A stretch of 64,000 bases of DNA from Sphingomonas sp. (lineage in GTDB: Bacteria > Pseudomonadota > Alphaproteobacteria > Sphingomonadales > Sphingomonadaceae): assembly GCF_025362505.1 (NCBI RefSeq), contig NZ_JANYGG010000065.1:12536-76535 (forward strand). The letters run 5' to 3'. Positions within the stretch are counted from its first letter, which is position 1; the number at the start of each line of letters is the position of its first letter. The notes under the pieces are model-generated. The model ran no database searches. It saw only the letters and a program-made list of their open reading frames with translations, and was not told where the DNA came from. Below, in pieces: positions 31,473-41,094 of this stretch. Made by a program: the position numbers and the translations under genes.

Positions 31473-31997
31473 TCAGCGAATCATCGCGATTAATGCAGCC
31501 TCGTCCAACCCGGCCGCGCGATAATGGGTACGGAACATGTCGAGCGCGGTGAAGACGTCCTCGAACGCGGCCATCGTGCCCTCGACCGGCTTGTCGAGAT
31601 AGACCAGCGCGCCGTCGATGATGAACAGGATCAGTGCCGGTTCGGGCGAATCCTCGGTGATCACGAGCGTATGCGCCTCGCCCGCTGGCTCGAAAATAAA
31701 GCTGCCCGGCCCGGCAATCCAGTCATGTTCGAGGTAGCGCCAATTGCCCTTGAGCGTGAAGCCGCGGACCGTCCCGGTGTGATAATGAACCCCGAGCTGC
31801 GCGCCGGGCAGGCCCTTGAGCAGGACGGTGAACCCGCCCGAGGTGACGTTGAAACAGGCCGGTTGCACCCATACCCCCTCGGCATAGGGCGTCCAGTGTG
31901 GGCCATCCCCGAAGTCGAGATTGGCGAGGAAGTGGTCGCGGTTGCGGTCTGCCGGAGCGAGGCCGTCGGTCATGTTGCTGAAGACGGCTGAGGGCAT
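31473..31997 (-). CDS. Cupin protein, 2,4'-dihydroxyacetophenone dioxygenase-like
   Basis: HYHTG.V.G.T..G.W.YLE..W.A..GS..FEP.GE.HTL cupin motifs. Confidence 0.78.
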   Translation of the reverse strand: MPSAVFSNMTDGLAPADRNRDHFLANLDFGDGPHWTPYAEGVWVQPACFNVTSGGFTVLLKGLPGAQLGVHYHTGTVRGFTLKGNWRYLEHDWIAGPGSFIFEPAGEAHTLVITEDSPEPALILFIIDGALVYLDKPVEGTMAAFEDVFTALDMFRTHYRAAGLDEAALIAMIR

Positions 31998-32080
31998 CGG
32001 GGGTCTCCATCTGCGAGGACGCCTGTCGCGCAGGCGAGGTCAACCTGCGTTGCCGGGCCTCAATTGTCCACTCGCCGAGG

Positions 32081-32884
32081 CTAGCGGCCCGCGTCTCGGC
32101 CGGTGATTAGCGGACCTGCCGGCGGCGGCGGGAATTCCATCCCGGCAACTGCCGCGCCGGGTGAGCCGCGCGTGACGGCCCCATAAATCGCTCCGCCAAC
32201 GGGGCTGAAGGTGATTAGCTCGATCAGCAGCAGCGTGCCGATCATCGTCCCGATTCCCCAACGCCATGCGGGATGAACGTGTCCGCTGCGCCGAACATCG
32301 GCGACGACGCCGGCCAGAGGGAACAACAGCGACGCGGCGAACGTCACTTCCCACGCGAATGGCGGTAAGAAAGGCATCGGCAACAGCCGCCCGAAACCGG
32401 GCCCGAGCAACATCGACATGGCGCAGAAATGCAGCCGGCGATGCCAGTCAGTGCGGCGGCGCATGACGATCGCGGCGCTCGTCAATCCGGCAAAAGCGAA
32501 GAGCGAGAGCGGGTCGAATACGAGGAAATGTACTGGACGGAAGAAGAATGGCACCTGGCCGCGGCGGACCATCGCCACGGTCACCCAGCAGCCGAGAACG
32601 ACCATCGCCACGATCCAGCCGGTCGCGATCCAGCCGAGGCGGCGATGGAGCGCCATCTTGCCGGTCGCGACGAACATGTTCTGAAGGAGGTAGAGCACGA
32701 CCCAGCCCATGAACACGACCGCGTGGGCATGGACCAGCGGCGGAGAGGCAAAGGTCGAGCGCCCCATCGCCAGATGGGTCGAGAAGCCGGCGAATATGAG
32801 CAGCGTCATCGCGATCGCGCCGCGCAGGAAGAACCGCTCGTCGCCGATCGACGATGTGCGCGGATGAATTGTCAGCGTTGCCAT
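32081..32884 (-). CDS. Conserved membrane protein of unknown function (about six TM helices, His-containing)
   Basis: Hydrophobic helices with HAHA..F.GW..L...Q, HRRLG, WHRRL and G.VHPA. Confidence 0.75.
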   Translation of the reverse strand: MATLTIHPRTSSIGDERFFLRGAIAMTLLIFAGFSTHLAMGRSTFASPPLVHAHAVVFMGWVVLYLLQNMFVATGKMALHRRLGWIATGWIVAMVVLGCWVTVAMVRRGQVPFFFRPVHFLVFDPLSLFAFAGLTSAAIVMRRRTDWHRRLHFCAMSMLLGPGFGRLLPMPFLPPFAWEVTFAASLLFPLAGVVADVRRSGHVHPAWRWGIGTMIGTLLLIELITFSPVGGAIYGAVTRGSPGAAVAGMEFPPPPAGPLITGRDAGR

Positions 32885-33017
32885 TAAAGCCCCCAAGTTT
32901 CCGCGAAAGCCGTAGAGGAAATTGCCCGCGCCATCAACGCTCCCGGCCATCCGCTTGATGGGGCAAGGCGGACGACCGGTGAATTATTGCTCGGTCAGAT
33001 TCGGTTCTCCGGGCCAG

Positions 33018-33719
33018 CTACACCTTCTTGCTAACCGCCAAGTCGTAGTGTGCCACCGGCTGGCCCGCCTTGGCCGAAAGCCCTGAGGTGTCGCACGCCG
33101 CGACCACTGTCATCTCGATCGGCTGCGCCATGCTTGCGCGTGCGCTCAGTTGGCTCTTTGCCTGATAATAATCATACCCCTTTTTCGACAGGAAATGGGC
33201 AATGACGGCGGCGTCCGCCGCGCGTTTGACGATGGTAACGGTGCCAACATAGGATTTGGCCGACGCGGTATCGCTCCACGTGGAAAGCGGAACGACGAAG
33301 CGAACCGCGGGCGCGTCGGGGCTGCCCGAGACAGCACAGGCGGGACTGGAGGCGCTGCTGGCGCTGCCATCGGGCGAAGCTTTTGCGTCGCACACACTGT
33401 CCATCGCGCGCTGGCGTTGCGCACCCGTGCCCTTGGTCTTGATGGCCAATGCCGTGACGGTGGGGACCGCGCCTGCCACGGTCGCAATCGAAAAGTCGAG
33501 GCCGTCACCGTCGCTGTCATCGAACGATGCCGCGCCGGTGCCCGCCAAGGCGAAGCCTGTCTTTAGCGGAACGATCGCGCAATCGCTAAGGCCGGTGCGG
33601 AAATTGGCGGGCAGCCATGCTTTCTGCTTGATCCCGATCCGTTCGGCCTGCTCCTGCGAAAGCGCGAGCGTTGGCGTCACCAGCAACGCTACCGCGACCG
33701 CATGATAAAGTTTTTTCAT
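33018..33719 (-). CDS. Secreted hypothetical protein made of a string of short motifs
   Basis: GGGAGAG Shine-Dalgarno, signal peptide MKKLYHAVAVALLVTPTLALS, four Cys, 233 aa. Confidence 0.75.
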   Translation of the reverse strand: MKKLYHAVAVALLVTPTLALSQEQAERIGIKQKAWLPANFRTGLSDCAIVPLKTGFALAGTGAASFDDSDGDGLDFSIATVAGAVPTVTALAIKTKGTGAQRQRAMDSVCDAKASPDGSASSASSPACAVSGSPDAPAVRFVVPLSTWSDTASAKSYVGTVTIVKRAADAAVIAHFLSKKGYDYYQAKSQLSARASMAQPIEMTVVAACDTSGLSAKAGQPVAHYDLAVSKKV

Positions 33720-33833
33720 CTCGCTCTCCCCGACTCGGCGCATCTGTGCGTCCGTCGCGGACACGATAGCATGGATTGAATAACTCGACCGAAAGGGGAG
33801 GCTCAGGCCGCCTCCTGGTTCTGTTAGCGGTTG

Positions 33834-34736
33834 CTAGGAGGCCGCAACGCCGCGCTGGGCGGCTTTGAGCACCAGCACGCACCATTCACCGTCGCCGCGT
33901 TCGACCACCTCCATGCCCTGTGCCGCATAAGCTGCAATCACCGCGTTGGCCTGCGTGTCGAGCAGCCCGGCGAGGATCAGCGTTGCTCCGGGCGTCACGC
34001 TTGCCGCGAAGGCGGGCGCGAGGTCAATCAGCGGGCCGGCGAGGATGTTGGCGATGAGCAGGTCGAACGGGGCGCGGGCGGTGAGGATTGGGTGGTCCAT
34101 CCCATTGGCGACGGCGAGGAGCAGCGCGCCGGGACCGTGGCCGATCCTGACCCCGTTGATCGCGGCATTGTCTTGGCTGACGTCGATCGAGATCGGGTCA
34201 ATGTCGGTGGCGATGGCCTTGGCTTGCGGCCACAGCGCGAGCGCGGCGAAGGCGAGCAGGCCGGTGCCGGTGCCGATATCGGCGATGTTGGCGAAGCTTC
34301 TGCTGGCCAAGGTTTCCAAAGCCCTCAGGCACCCCGCAGTAGTGTCATGCTGCCCCGTTCCGAACGCCAGCCCGGCGTCGATCTCGAACGCTGTCGCGCC
34401 GTCGGGGACGTCGTCGCGGTGCGTCGGGGTGTGGACGAAGAACCGCCCGGCGCGGATCGGTTCAAGTCCGGCCTGACTGATCGTCACCCAGTCGTCTTCG
34501 CCGAGATGGGTCAGCTCGGGCTCGCTACCCGCGGCAAGGCGGCGCAGCAGGATCAGCTCCCGCGTCGTCGGCTGCTCGGTGAAATAGGCGAAGAGCCGCC
34601 AGTCGTCGGGCGCGTGCGGATCGGGCTCATCGGCAACGATCACCGGCGGTGAGTCGGAGAAAGGGAACAGTTCCTCGCTCTCGGGCAGCGCCTCGGCCTC
34701 GGTGCGCGTGCAGTGCAGCGTAACGCGCCAGCTCAA
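33834..34736 (-). CDS. prmA: 50S ribosomal protein L11 methyltransferase
   Basis: EDDW, IDAGLAFGTGQHDTT, DIGTGTGLLA, DID, ANILA; TTG start overlaps the SDR stop. Confidence 0.93.
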   Translation of the reverse strand: MSWRVTLHCTRTEAEALPESEELFPFSDSPPVIVADEPDPHAPDDWRLFAYFTEQPTTRELILLRRLAAGSEPELTHLGEDDWVTISQAGLEPIRAGRFFVHTPTHRDDVPDGATAFEIDAGLAFGTGQHDTTAGCLRALETLASRSFANIADIGTGTGLLAFAALALWPQAKAIATDIDPISIDVSQDNAAINGVRIGHGPGALLLAVANGMDHPILTARAPFDLLIANILAGPLIDLAPAFAASVTPGATLILAGLLDTQANAVIAAYAAQGMEVVERGDGEWCVLVLKAAQRGVAAS

Positions 34737-35437
34737 CGGACGAAACTTGCCCCGTTGACGTCGATCACCGCGCCGGTCGAGCTTGCCGGAGCGTCGCTCG
34801 CCAGCCAGCGGATGACTTCGGCTATTTCGGCCGGTTCGGCGACACGACCGAGCGGAATGTCGGCAAGGACCTGCTCGCCGCCGCGGCCCGACAGATATTC
34901 CTCGGCCATGCCGGTCATGACGAATCCTGGGCACACCGCGAATGCGAGGATACCCTCGCTCGCGTAGCCCCGGGCGATCGACTTGGTCATGCCGACCATG
35001 CCGGCCTTCGACGCGGCATAGTGCCAGTGCCTGGGCGAATCGCCGCGATAGGCGGCGCGACTGGCGATGTTGACTATCCGCCCGCCGCTCGCTCCTTCGC
35101 GGAAATGGCCGATTGCCAGTCGGCAGAGGTCAGCACTCGCCTGGAGATTGATCCCGAGCGTCCTGCCCCAAGAGGCGTGCCATGTCTCGTCGTCGGCGTC
35201 GTCGGATATGTCCTCGAAGATGCCCGCGTTGTTTACCAGTACATCGATCCGCCCGCCGAGTTCGGCCAGCGCCGTCTCCCACAAGCCGCGTGGCGCGGCG
35301 GGGTTGGTGAAGTCGGCGGCGACGAGGTCATCGCTGCCCGCGGTCGAATGGCCGACCACGCGGTGCCCCGCGTCGCGAAGGGTGGAGAGAGTGGCGGCGC
35401 CGATGCCGCGGCTAGCGCCGGTGAGGAGAATATTCAT
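34733..35437 (-). CDS. SDR family oxidoreductase
   Basis: TGASRGIG, LVNNAG, YAASK. Confidence 0.93.
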   Translation of the reverse strand: MNILLTGASRGIGAATLSTLRDAGHRVVGHSTAGSDDLVAADFTNPAAPRGLWETALAELGGRIDVLVNNAGIFEDISDDADDETWHASWGRTLGINLQASADLCRLAIGHFREGASGGRIVNIASRAAYRGDSPRHWHYAASKAGMVGMTKSIARGYASEGILAFAVCPGFVMTGMAEEYLSGRGGEQVLADIPLGRVAEPAEIAEVIRWLASDAPASSTGAVIDVNGASFVR

Positions 35438-35473
35438 CTGCCCCGCTTAGCCGCTGGCCGGGCGGGAGAAAAG

Positions 35474-36817
35474 TCAGGCCGCGAACTTCGCCACGAATTC
35501 GCTGGTGGTAGAGCGGAAGTCGGCGATGTCCTCGGCGAAGCGGCCGAAGCCCTGCTCGACTGCGTCGATATCGCGCGCGACATTCTCGGTATCCGAGCGG
35601 ATCGCCGCGATGGTCGAACTCATCGAGTCGGCGGCGAGCGCGGTCTCGTCGACGGCGGCGGTGATCATCGTCACCGTCTGCGCCTGCAACTCCATCGCCT
35701 GGCGGATGCGGTCGGCCGAATGCTGGACCTCGCCCACGGTCGACTGGATCGAGCCATTGGCCTCGACCGTCTGGCGGGTCGCCAGTTGGATCGCGGTGAT
35801 CTTGGTCGTGATGTCGTCGGTCGCTCGCGCGGTCTGGCTGGCGAGGCTCTTCACTTCCTGCGCGACGACCGCGAACCCGCGGCCCGCGTCGCCGGCGCGC
35901 GCAGCCTCGATTGTCGCGTTCAACGCGAGCAGGTTGGTCTGCGCGGCAATGTCGCGAATGAGACCGAGGATCGATTCGATCGCGACGACGTGCCCCGACA
36001 GCGCTTCGCTGACCTTGACCGCTTGTTCGGCCTGGCTTCCGGCGCGCGTGGCAACCCCGGCCGCGACTTCGACCTCTGTTCGCGCATCCTCGATCGCGCG
36101 GATCAGCCCGGCGGCGGTCTGCGCCGCCTCGCGCATCGCAATGGCTGACTGTTCGGCAGCGGCGGCGACTTCGCTGGTCTTGCCGAGCATGCCGCGAGCG
36201 GACGAGCTGGTCTGCGACGCCTGATTGCGGAGCTGGTCGCTTTCGGTGGTGCACCGCTGGACGACGCCGAGCACCTTCTGATTGAATTCGCTCGCCTGGC
36301 GCGATTGAAATTCGCCGTGATCTGCGTTCATCCGCGCAAGGCAGTGATGAATGAATACGTCGATCTCGAGCATGTGGACGGCGTTGATGGTCTCCGAGTA
36401 TCGAATCTGGACTTCGGGCTCTTGAACCGCTGCGCGCATCAACAGGAGCGCTGCGTCGGTCTCGCCGTCGATGCCGGTCATCAGCGTCGACAGGCTGACC
36501 CCTGCTGTAATGCCGCGATCGACATATTCTTTGGCCTGTTCAATCCATTCGCCGTGGGCCAGCCGTTGATATTTTTCGCGAATGTAGGGCATGATCCGCT
36601 GCGCCAGGGTCTCGACCTGCGCATCGTCGATCGGCTGCTTGACCTCGTCCGATTTACGATACCGCTGCCAGAAACCGCGTGCGATCGCGATCGCACCGCT
36701 ATCGATCACAGGCCACAATTCGGCCGCACGCTCCGGCAGGTCGTCCGACTGAGCGAACATGCGCAGACCGCGCGCCAGGTCATAAGGCGTCGTTTGGCTC
36801 TGGCGATTGGCCGTCAT
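35474..36817 (-). CDS. Cytoplasmic methyl-accepting chemotaxis protein with a globin-like N-terminal domain
   Basis: [34 protein letters not shown] hairpin tip; no TM helices; helical N-terminal sensor. Confidence 0.9.
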   Translation of the reverse strand: MTANRQSQTTPYDLARGLRMFAQSDDLPERAAELWPVIDSGAIAIARGFWQRYRKSDEVKQPIDDAQVETLAQRIMPYIREKYQRLAHGEWIEQAKEYVDRGITAGVSLSTLMTGIDGETDAALLLMRAAVQEPEVQIRYSETINAVHMLEIDVFIHHCLARMNADHGEFQSRQASEFNQKVLGVVQRCTTESDQLRNQASQTSSSARGMLGKTSEVAAAAEQSAIAMREAAQTAAGLIRAIEDARTEVEVAAGVATRAGSQAEQAVKVSEALSGHVVAIESILGLIRDIAAQTNLLALNATIEAARAGDAGRGFAVVAQEVKSLASQTARATDDITTKITAIQLATRQTVEANGSIQSTVGEVQHSADRIRQAMELQAQTVTMITAAVDETALAADSMSSTIAAIRSDTENVARDIDAVEQGFGRFAEDIADFRSTTSEFVAKFAA

Positions 36818-36860
36818 GATTTTCCCTCTGCTTCGCGTCTTGCTCGTTCTTGCTCCGTGA

Positions 36861-36879
36861 ATGGTTAAGGGGCGGTTAG
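36861..36879 (-). promoter_or_regulatory. CtrA-box-like site upstream of the MCP
   Basis: Minus strand reads CTAA-N7-TTAACCAT (CtrA consensus TTAA-N7-TTAAC; TTAACCAT half-site). Confidence 0.65.
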
Positions 36880-36958
36880 CTCCGGTCGAATCTTGCATAC
36901 CCCGCTCTCGCTGCCTAAGCGGGCGCGGCATCTTCATTCCGTCTCAGGCAGACCTCCC

Positions 36959-37363
36959 ATGCCCCCATCGGCTTCGCGCAATCCCTCCCGGCCCCTGTCG
37001 CCGCATCTCAGCATCTGGCGCTGGGGGCCGCACATGCTGGTCTCGATCCTCCACCGTGTGACCGGCGCGGCGCTGACCATCGCCGGGATGGCGCTGCTTT
37101 GCTGGTGGCTGATCGCGATTGCCGCGGGGCCAGAGGCTTATGCGACCTTCTCTGCAGTCGCGACCAGCCCGCTTGGGCTGCTGGTCCTGATCGGGCTTAG
37201 CTGGGCCTTCTTCCAGCACAGCTTTTCAGGGCTCCGCCACCTCGTCATGGACATCGGCGCGGGGTTCGAACTCAAGACCAGCAAAAACACGGCAATCGCC
37301 ACCATCGTCGCATCGCTGATCGCGACCGTGGCGCTGTGGGCCACTCTCCTGGGAGCCAAGTGA
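36959..37363 (+). CDS. sdhC: Succinate dehydrogenase cytochrome b556 subunit
   Basis: RPLSPHL, SILHRVTG, H...GLRHL..D. Confidence 0.95.
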   Translation: MPPSASRNPSRPLSPHLSIWRWGPHMLVSILHRVTGAALTIAGMALLCWWLIAIAAGPEAYATFSAVATSPLGLLVLIGLSWAFFQHSFSGLRHLVMDIGAGFELKTSKNTAIATIVASLIATVALWATLLGAK

Positions 37364-37758
37364 TGAGCATCGGCGACAGCAGCACGCCCCTCGGCAAGGT
37401 CCGCGGATTGGGTGCGGCGCGCTCGGGCGGCGGGCACTGGATGAACGAACAGATTGGCTCGGTCGCGATGGTCCTGCTCTCGGTGTGGCTGCTCGCCTCG
37501 CTGCTGTGGCTGCCGAGCCTCGACCTTCGCACGCTCACCGAATGGCTCCGCTCGCCGTTGGGCGCAGTGCCGATGGCGCTATTCGTGATCCTCTCTTTCA
37601 TCCACGGGCTCGAGGGGCTGAAGGTCGTCGTCGACGATTATGTGCATGACGAAGGCAACCGCGTCGCCTGCAACATCGTACTTCTGTTTGCCGCGGTTGG
37701 CGGGGCGTCGTTCGCCTTGTTCGCGCTGGCGAAAATTGCGTTCGGAGCCGATGCATGA
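37363..37758 (+). CDS. sdhD: Succinate dehydrogenase membrane anchor subunit
   Basis: VRGLG.A.SG..HW and H...GL.VV.DDYVH. Confidence 0.93.
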   Translation: MSIGDSSTPLGKVRGLGAARSGGGHWMNEQIGSVAMVLLSVWLLASLLWLPSLDLRTLTEWLRSPLGAVPMALFVILSFIHGLEGLKVVVDDYVHDEGNRVACNIVLLFAAVGGASFALFALAKIAFGADA

Positions 37759-39557
37759 CTGAAGCTTACAAGATTATCGACCATGTCTACGACGTCGTCG
37801 TCGTCGGCGCCGGTGGTGCCGGGCTGCGTGCAACGATGGGCTCGGCCGAGGCCGGGCTTAAGACCGCCTGCATCACGAAGGTCTTCCCGACGCGCAGCCA
37901 CACCGTCGCGGCGCAGGGCGGGATCGCCGCCAGCCTCGGCAACATGGGGCCCGACCACTGGACTTGGCACATGTATGACACGGTCAAGGGCAGCGACTGG
38001 CTCGGCGACCAGGACGCGATCGAATATTTGTGCCGCGAGGCGCCCGCCGCGGTTTACGAGCTTGAGCATGCCGGCCTGCCATTCAGCCGCACTGACGAGG
38101 GCAAGATCTACCAGCGCGCGTTCGGCGGTATGACCCAGAACATGGGCGAGGGCCCAGCCGCGCAGCGCACCTGCGCCGCCGCCGACCGCACTGGCCACGC
38201 CATGCTCCACACGCTCTACCAGCAGAGCCTGAAGTACGACGCGGACTTCTTCATCGAATATTTTGCGCTCGACCTGATCATGGAGGACGGCGTGTGCCGC
38301 GGCCTGATCGCGATGTGCCTCGACGACGGGTCGATCCACCGGTTCCGGTCGCAGTCAGTGGTGCTCGCCACCGGTGGTTACGGCCGCTGCTATTTCTCGG
38401 CGACCTCCGCGCACACCTGCACCGGTGACGGCAATGCGATGGTGCTACGCGCCGGCCTGCCGCTGCAGGACATGGAGTTTGTCCAGTTCCACCCGACCGG
38501 CATCTATGGCGCGGGTGTGCTGATAACCGAAGGCGCGCGCGGAGAGGGGGGCTACCTCACCAACTCCGAGGGCGAGCGGTTCATGGAGCGCTATGCACCG
38601 TCGGCGAAGGACCTTGCCAGCCGCGACGTCGTGTCACGCTCGATGGCGATGGAAATCCGCGAAGGGCGTGGCGTCGGCGAGCATAAGGATCATATCTTCC
38701 TCCACCTCGACCATATCGATCCCAAGATCCTCGCCGAGCGGCTTCCGGGCATCTCGGAAACGGCGAAGATCTTCGCCGGTGTCGACCTGACCCGCCAGCC
38801 GATCCCGGTCACCCCGACGGTCCATTACAACATGGGCGGCATCCCGACGAACTTCCACGGCGAGGTTGTAACGCTCAAGGACGGCGAGCCCGACAGCGTC
38901 GTTCCTGGGCTGTTCGCGGTCGGCGAAGCGGCATGCGTCTCGGTCCACGGCGCCAACCGTCTCGGCTCGAACAGCCTCATCGACCTCGTCGTTTTCGGCC
39001 GCGCCGCCGGGCACCGCCTCGCCGAGGTGATCAAGCCGCAGGCCGCGCAGAAACTGCTCGCCAAGGACAGTGCCGACCTCGCGCTCGCCCGGCTCGACAA
39101 GTTCCGCCACGCCCACGGCGAGACCAAGACCGCCGCGATCCGCAGCGAGATGCAGCGCACGATGCAGGCCGACTGCGCCGTGTTCCGCACCGAAAAGACG
39201 CTCGATGAAGGCGTGGCCAAGATCGACGCGGTCTACCGGCGGATGCAGGACGTGCAGGTCAGCGACCGCAGCCTGATCTGGAACAGCGACCTCATCGAAA
39301 CGCTCGAACTCGACAATATGTTGAGCCAATCGGTCGTCACGATGCACTGCGCCGCCAACCGCAAGGAAAGCCGCGGCGCACACATGCACGAGGACTTCGC
39401 CCAGCGCGACGACGCCAATTGGATGAAGCACACCATCGCCTGGTTCGACGGCTGGGGCGGCGAGGGGGGATCGGTCAAGATCGATTACCGCCCGGTCCAC
39501 GAATACACGCTGACCGACGAGGTTGAGTATATCAAGCCCAAGGCGCGGGTGTACTGA
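37755..39557 (+). CDS. sdhA: Succinate dehydrogenase flavoprotein subunit
   Basis: [44 protein letters not shown]. Confidence 0.98.
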   Translation: MTEAYKIIDHVYDVVVVGAGGAGLRATMGSAEAGLKTACITKVFPTRSHTVAAQGGIAASLGNMGPDHWTWHMYDTVKGSDWLGDQDAIEYLCREAPAAVYELEHAGLPFSRTDEGKIYQRAFGGMTQNMGEGPAAQRTCAAADRTGHAMLHTLYQQSLKYDADFFIEYFALDLIMEDGVCRGLIAMCLDDGSIHRFRSQSVVLATGGYGRCYFSATSAHTCTGDGNAMVLRAGLPLQDMEFVQFHPTGIYGAGVLITEGARGEGGYLTNSEGERFMERYAPSAKDLASRDVVSRSMAMEIREGRGVGEHKDHIFLHLDHIDPKILAERLPGISETAKIFAGVDLTRQPIPVTPTVHYNMGGIPTNFHGEVVTLKDGEPDSVVPGLFAVGEAACVSVHGANRLGSNSLIDLVVFGRAAGHRLAEVIKPQAAQKLLAKDSADLALARLDKFRHAHGETKTAAIRSEMQRTMQADCAVFRTEKTLDEGVAKIDAVYRRMQDVQVSDRSLIWNSDLIETLELDNMLSQSVVTMHCAANRKESRGAHMHEDFAQRDDANWMKHTIAWFDGWGGEGGSVKIDYRPVHEYTLTDEVEYIKPKARVY

Positions 39558-39583
39558 ACGCCAAATCGCACCAACGAAAACTG

Positions 39584-39614
39584 GCCCGCCCGGCATCGCC
39601 GCGGCGGGCTTTTT
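39584..39614 (+). terminator. Rho-independent terminator after sdhA
   Basis: GCCCGCC...GGCGGGC stem followed by TTTTT. Confidence 0.75.
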
Positions 39615-39692
39615 CGTAGTTGCGAATCGGATCGATTTGACGGCGGACCGCGCTTTGACTACGACGAATTGTGCATCAGGAGCGATGAACCG

Positions 39693-41078
39693 ATGAACGA
39701 GCCCACCCCGAGCCGCAAGTTCCTCCGTGCCCTGCTGGTTGGTTTCCTCCTCGCCATCCCGATCTTCTCGGTCTGGCTGCTCGTCTATGACCGCCAGTCG
39801 CAATCGGCCCAGGCGCGTACGTCGATCGCGGCGGGGTGGGGCGGGGCGCAGGTCATCGCCGGGCCCGAGCTGTCGATCCCGTTCAAGCAAACGGTCAACA
39901 CCTCCGAACAGGTTAACGGGCAAGCCGTCACCCGCACCGCGACGATCGACCGCCGTCTCGTTCTTGCTCCGAGCGGGATCGATGCCGCGTCGACGCTGCT
40001 TCCCGAACGCCGCTCGCGCTCGATCTACGATGTAGTCATCTATCGCGCGGTGACCAGCGGACGCGCACTGTTCGAGCTGCCCACCGACCTCACCTCGCTC
40101 GGCGTCCAGTCCGGCAGCCTCCAACTTGCGCGCGCCGAGCTTCGCTTCGGCATTTCAGACGCGCGCGGCCTCTCGGCAAATCCGCAGATCAGGGTAGGCG
40201 GCCAGCTCCTCCCGCTCGGCCCTGGCGGCGGCACCAGCCTTATCCCGTCGGGATTCTACGCGCCGATCGACCTCACCAAGACCAGCTCGGCGAAGCTCGC
40301 CGTCGACTTTCGCTTTTCCCTTCGCGGCAACGGCTCGATCGCGCTCGCGCCGCGCGCCGGTGACACCGCGTGGCGGGTGACATCGCCGTGGACCAACCCC
40401 AGCTTCGGCGGCGGCTTCCTCCCCGAATCGCGCAGGCTCGACGAGACCGGGTTCGACGCCGGCTACCGCATCGGCAATCTCGCGCTCGGCCGCCCCTTGC
40501 TGTTCGTCGAGGGCACCGAGCAAGAAGGCCCCGGCAAGATTGCCCCGGGCGCCGACCCGAGCCAGGACGCGCAGCTCGCCTCGATCCAGTTGGTCGAACC
40601 GGTCGACCTCTACTCGCAGGTCAACCGCGCGACCAAATACGGCTTCCTGTTCGTCGGCTTCACCTTCCTTGCCTATTTGCTGTTCGACATCATCGGCGGG
40701 GTGCGCGTTGCGACGATCGAGTATCTGCTCGCCGGTGCCGGACTCGTCCTATTCTTCGTCCTGCTGCTCGCCTTCGCCGAGGTTATCGGCTTTTCGCCCG
40801 CCTACCTTCTGGCCGCGGCGGCGATCACCGGGCTCAATACCGCTTACTCAGCGGCGGTGCTCAAGAGCTGGCGCCGCGCGGCGGTAATCGGCGCGATCCT
40901 CGCCGCGCTCTACGCGGTGCTTTACGTGCTGCTCAGCCTCGAGGCCTATTCGTTGCTGATCGGCTCGATCCTCCTCTTCGCGGCGCTGGCGGGGACGATG
41001 TACGTCACCCGGCGGCTCGACTGGGCCGGATCGCAACAGGCCAATTCGCAAGAGGGTGGCGCCGACCGAGAGGCCTAG
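39693..41078 (+). CDS. creD: Cell envelope integrity protein CreD
   Basis: WGG.Q.I.GP, R.RSIY...IY, W..PSF.G.FLP, PVDLY....RA.KYG.LF, M..TR..DW. Confidence 0.9.
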   Translation: MNEPTPSRKFLRALLVGFLLAIPIFSVWLLVYDRQSQSAQARTSIAAGWGGAQVIAGPELSIPFKQTVNTSEQVNGQAVTRTATIDRRLVLAPSGIDAASTLLPERRSRSIYDVVIYRAVTSGRALFELPTDLTSLGVQSGSLQLARAELRFGISDARGLSANPQIRVGGQLLPLGPGGGTSLIPSGFYAPIDLTKTSSAKLAVDFRFSLRGNGSIALAPRAGDTAWRVTSPWTNPSFGGGFLPESRRLDETGFDAGYRIGNLALGRPLLFVEGTEQEGPGKIAPGADPSQDAQLASIQLVEPVDLYSQVNRATKYGFLFVGFTFLAYLLFDIIGGVRVATIEYLLAGAGLVLFFVLLLAFAEVIGFSPAYLLAAAAITGLNTAYSAAVLKSWRRAAVIGAILAALYAVLYVLLSLEAYSLLIGSILLFAALAGTMYVTRRLDWAGSQQANSQEGGADREA

Positions 41079-41094
41079 CTAAGCCGCTCTCCTG

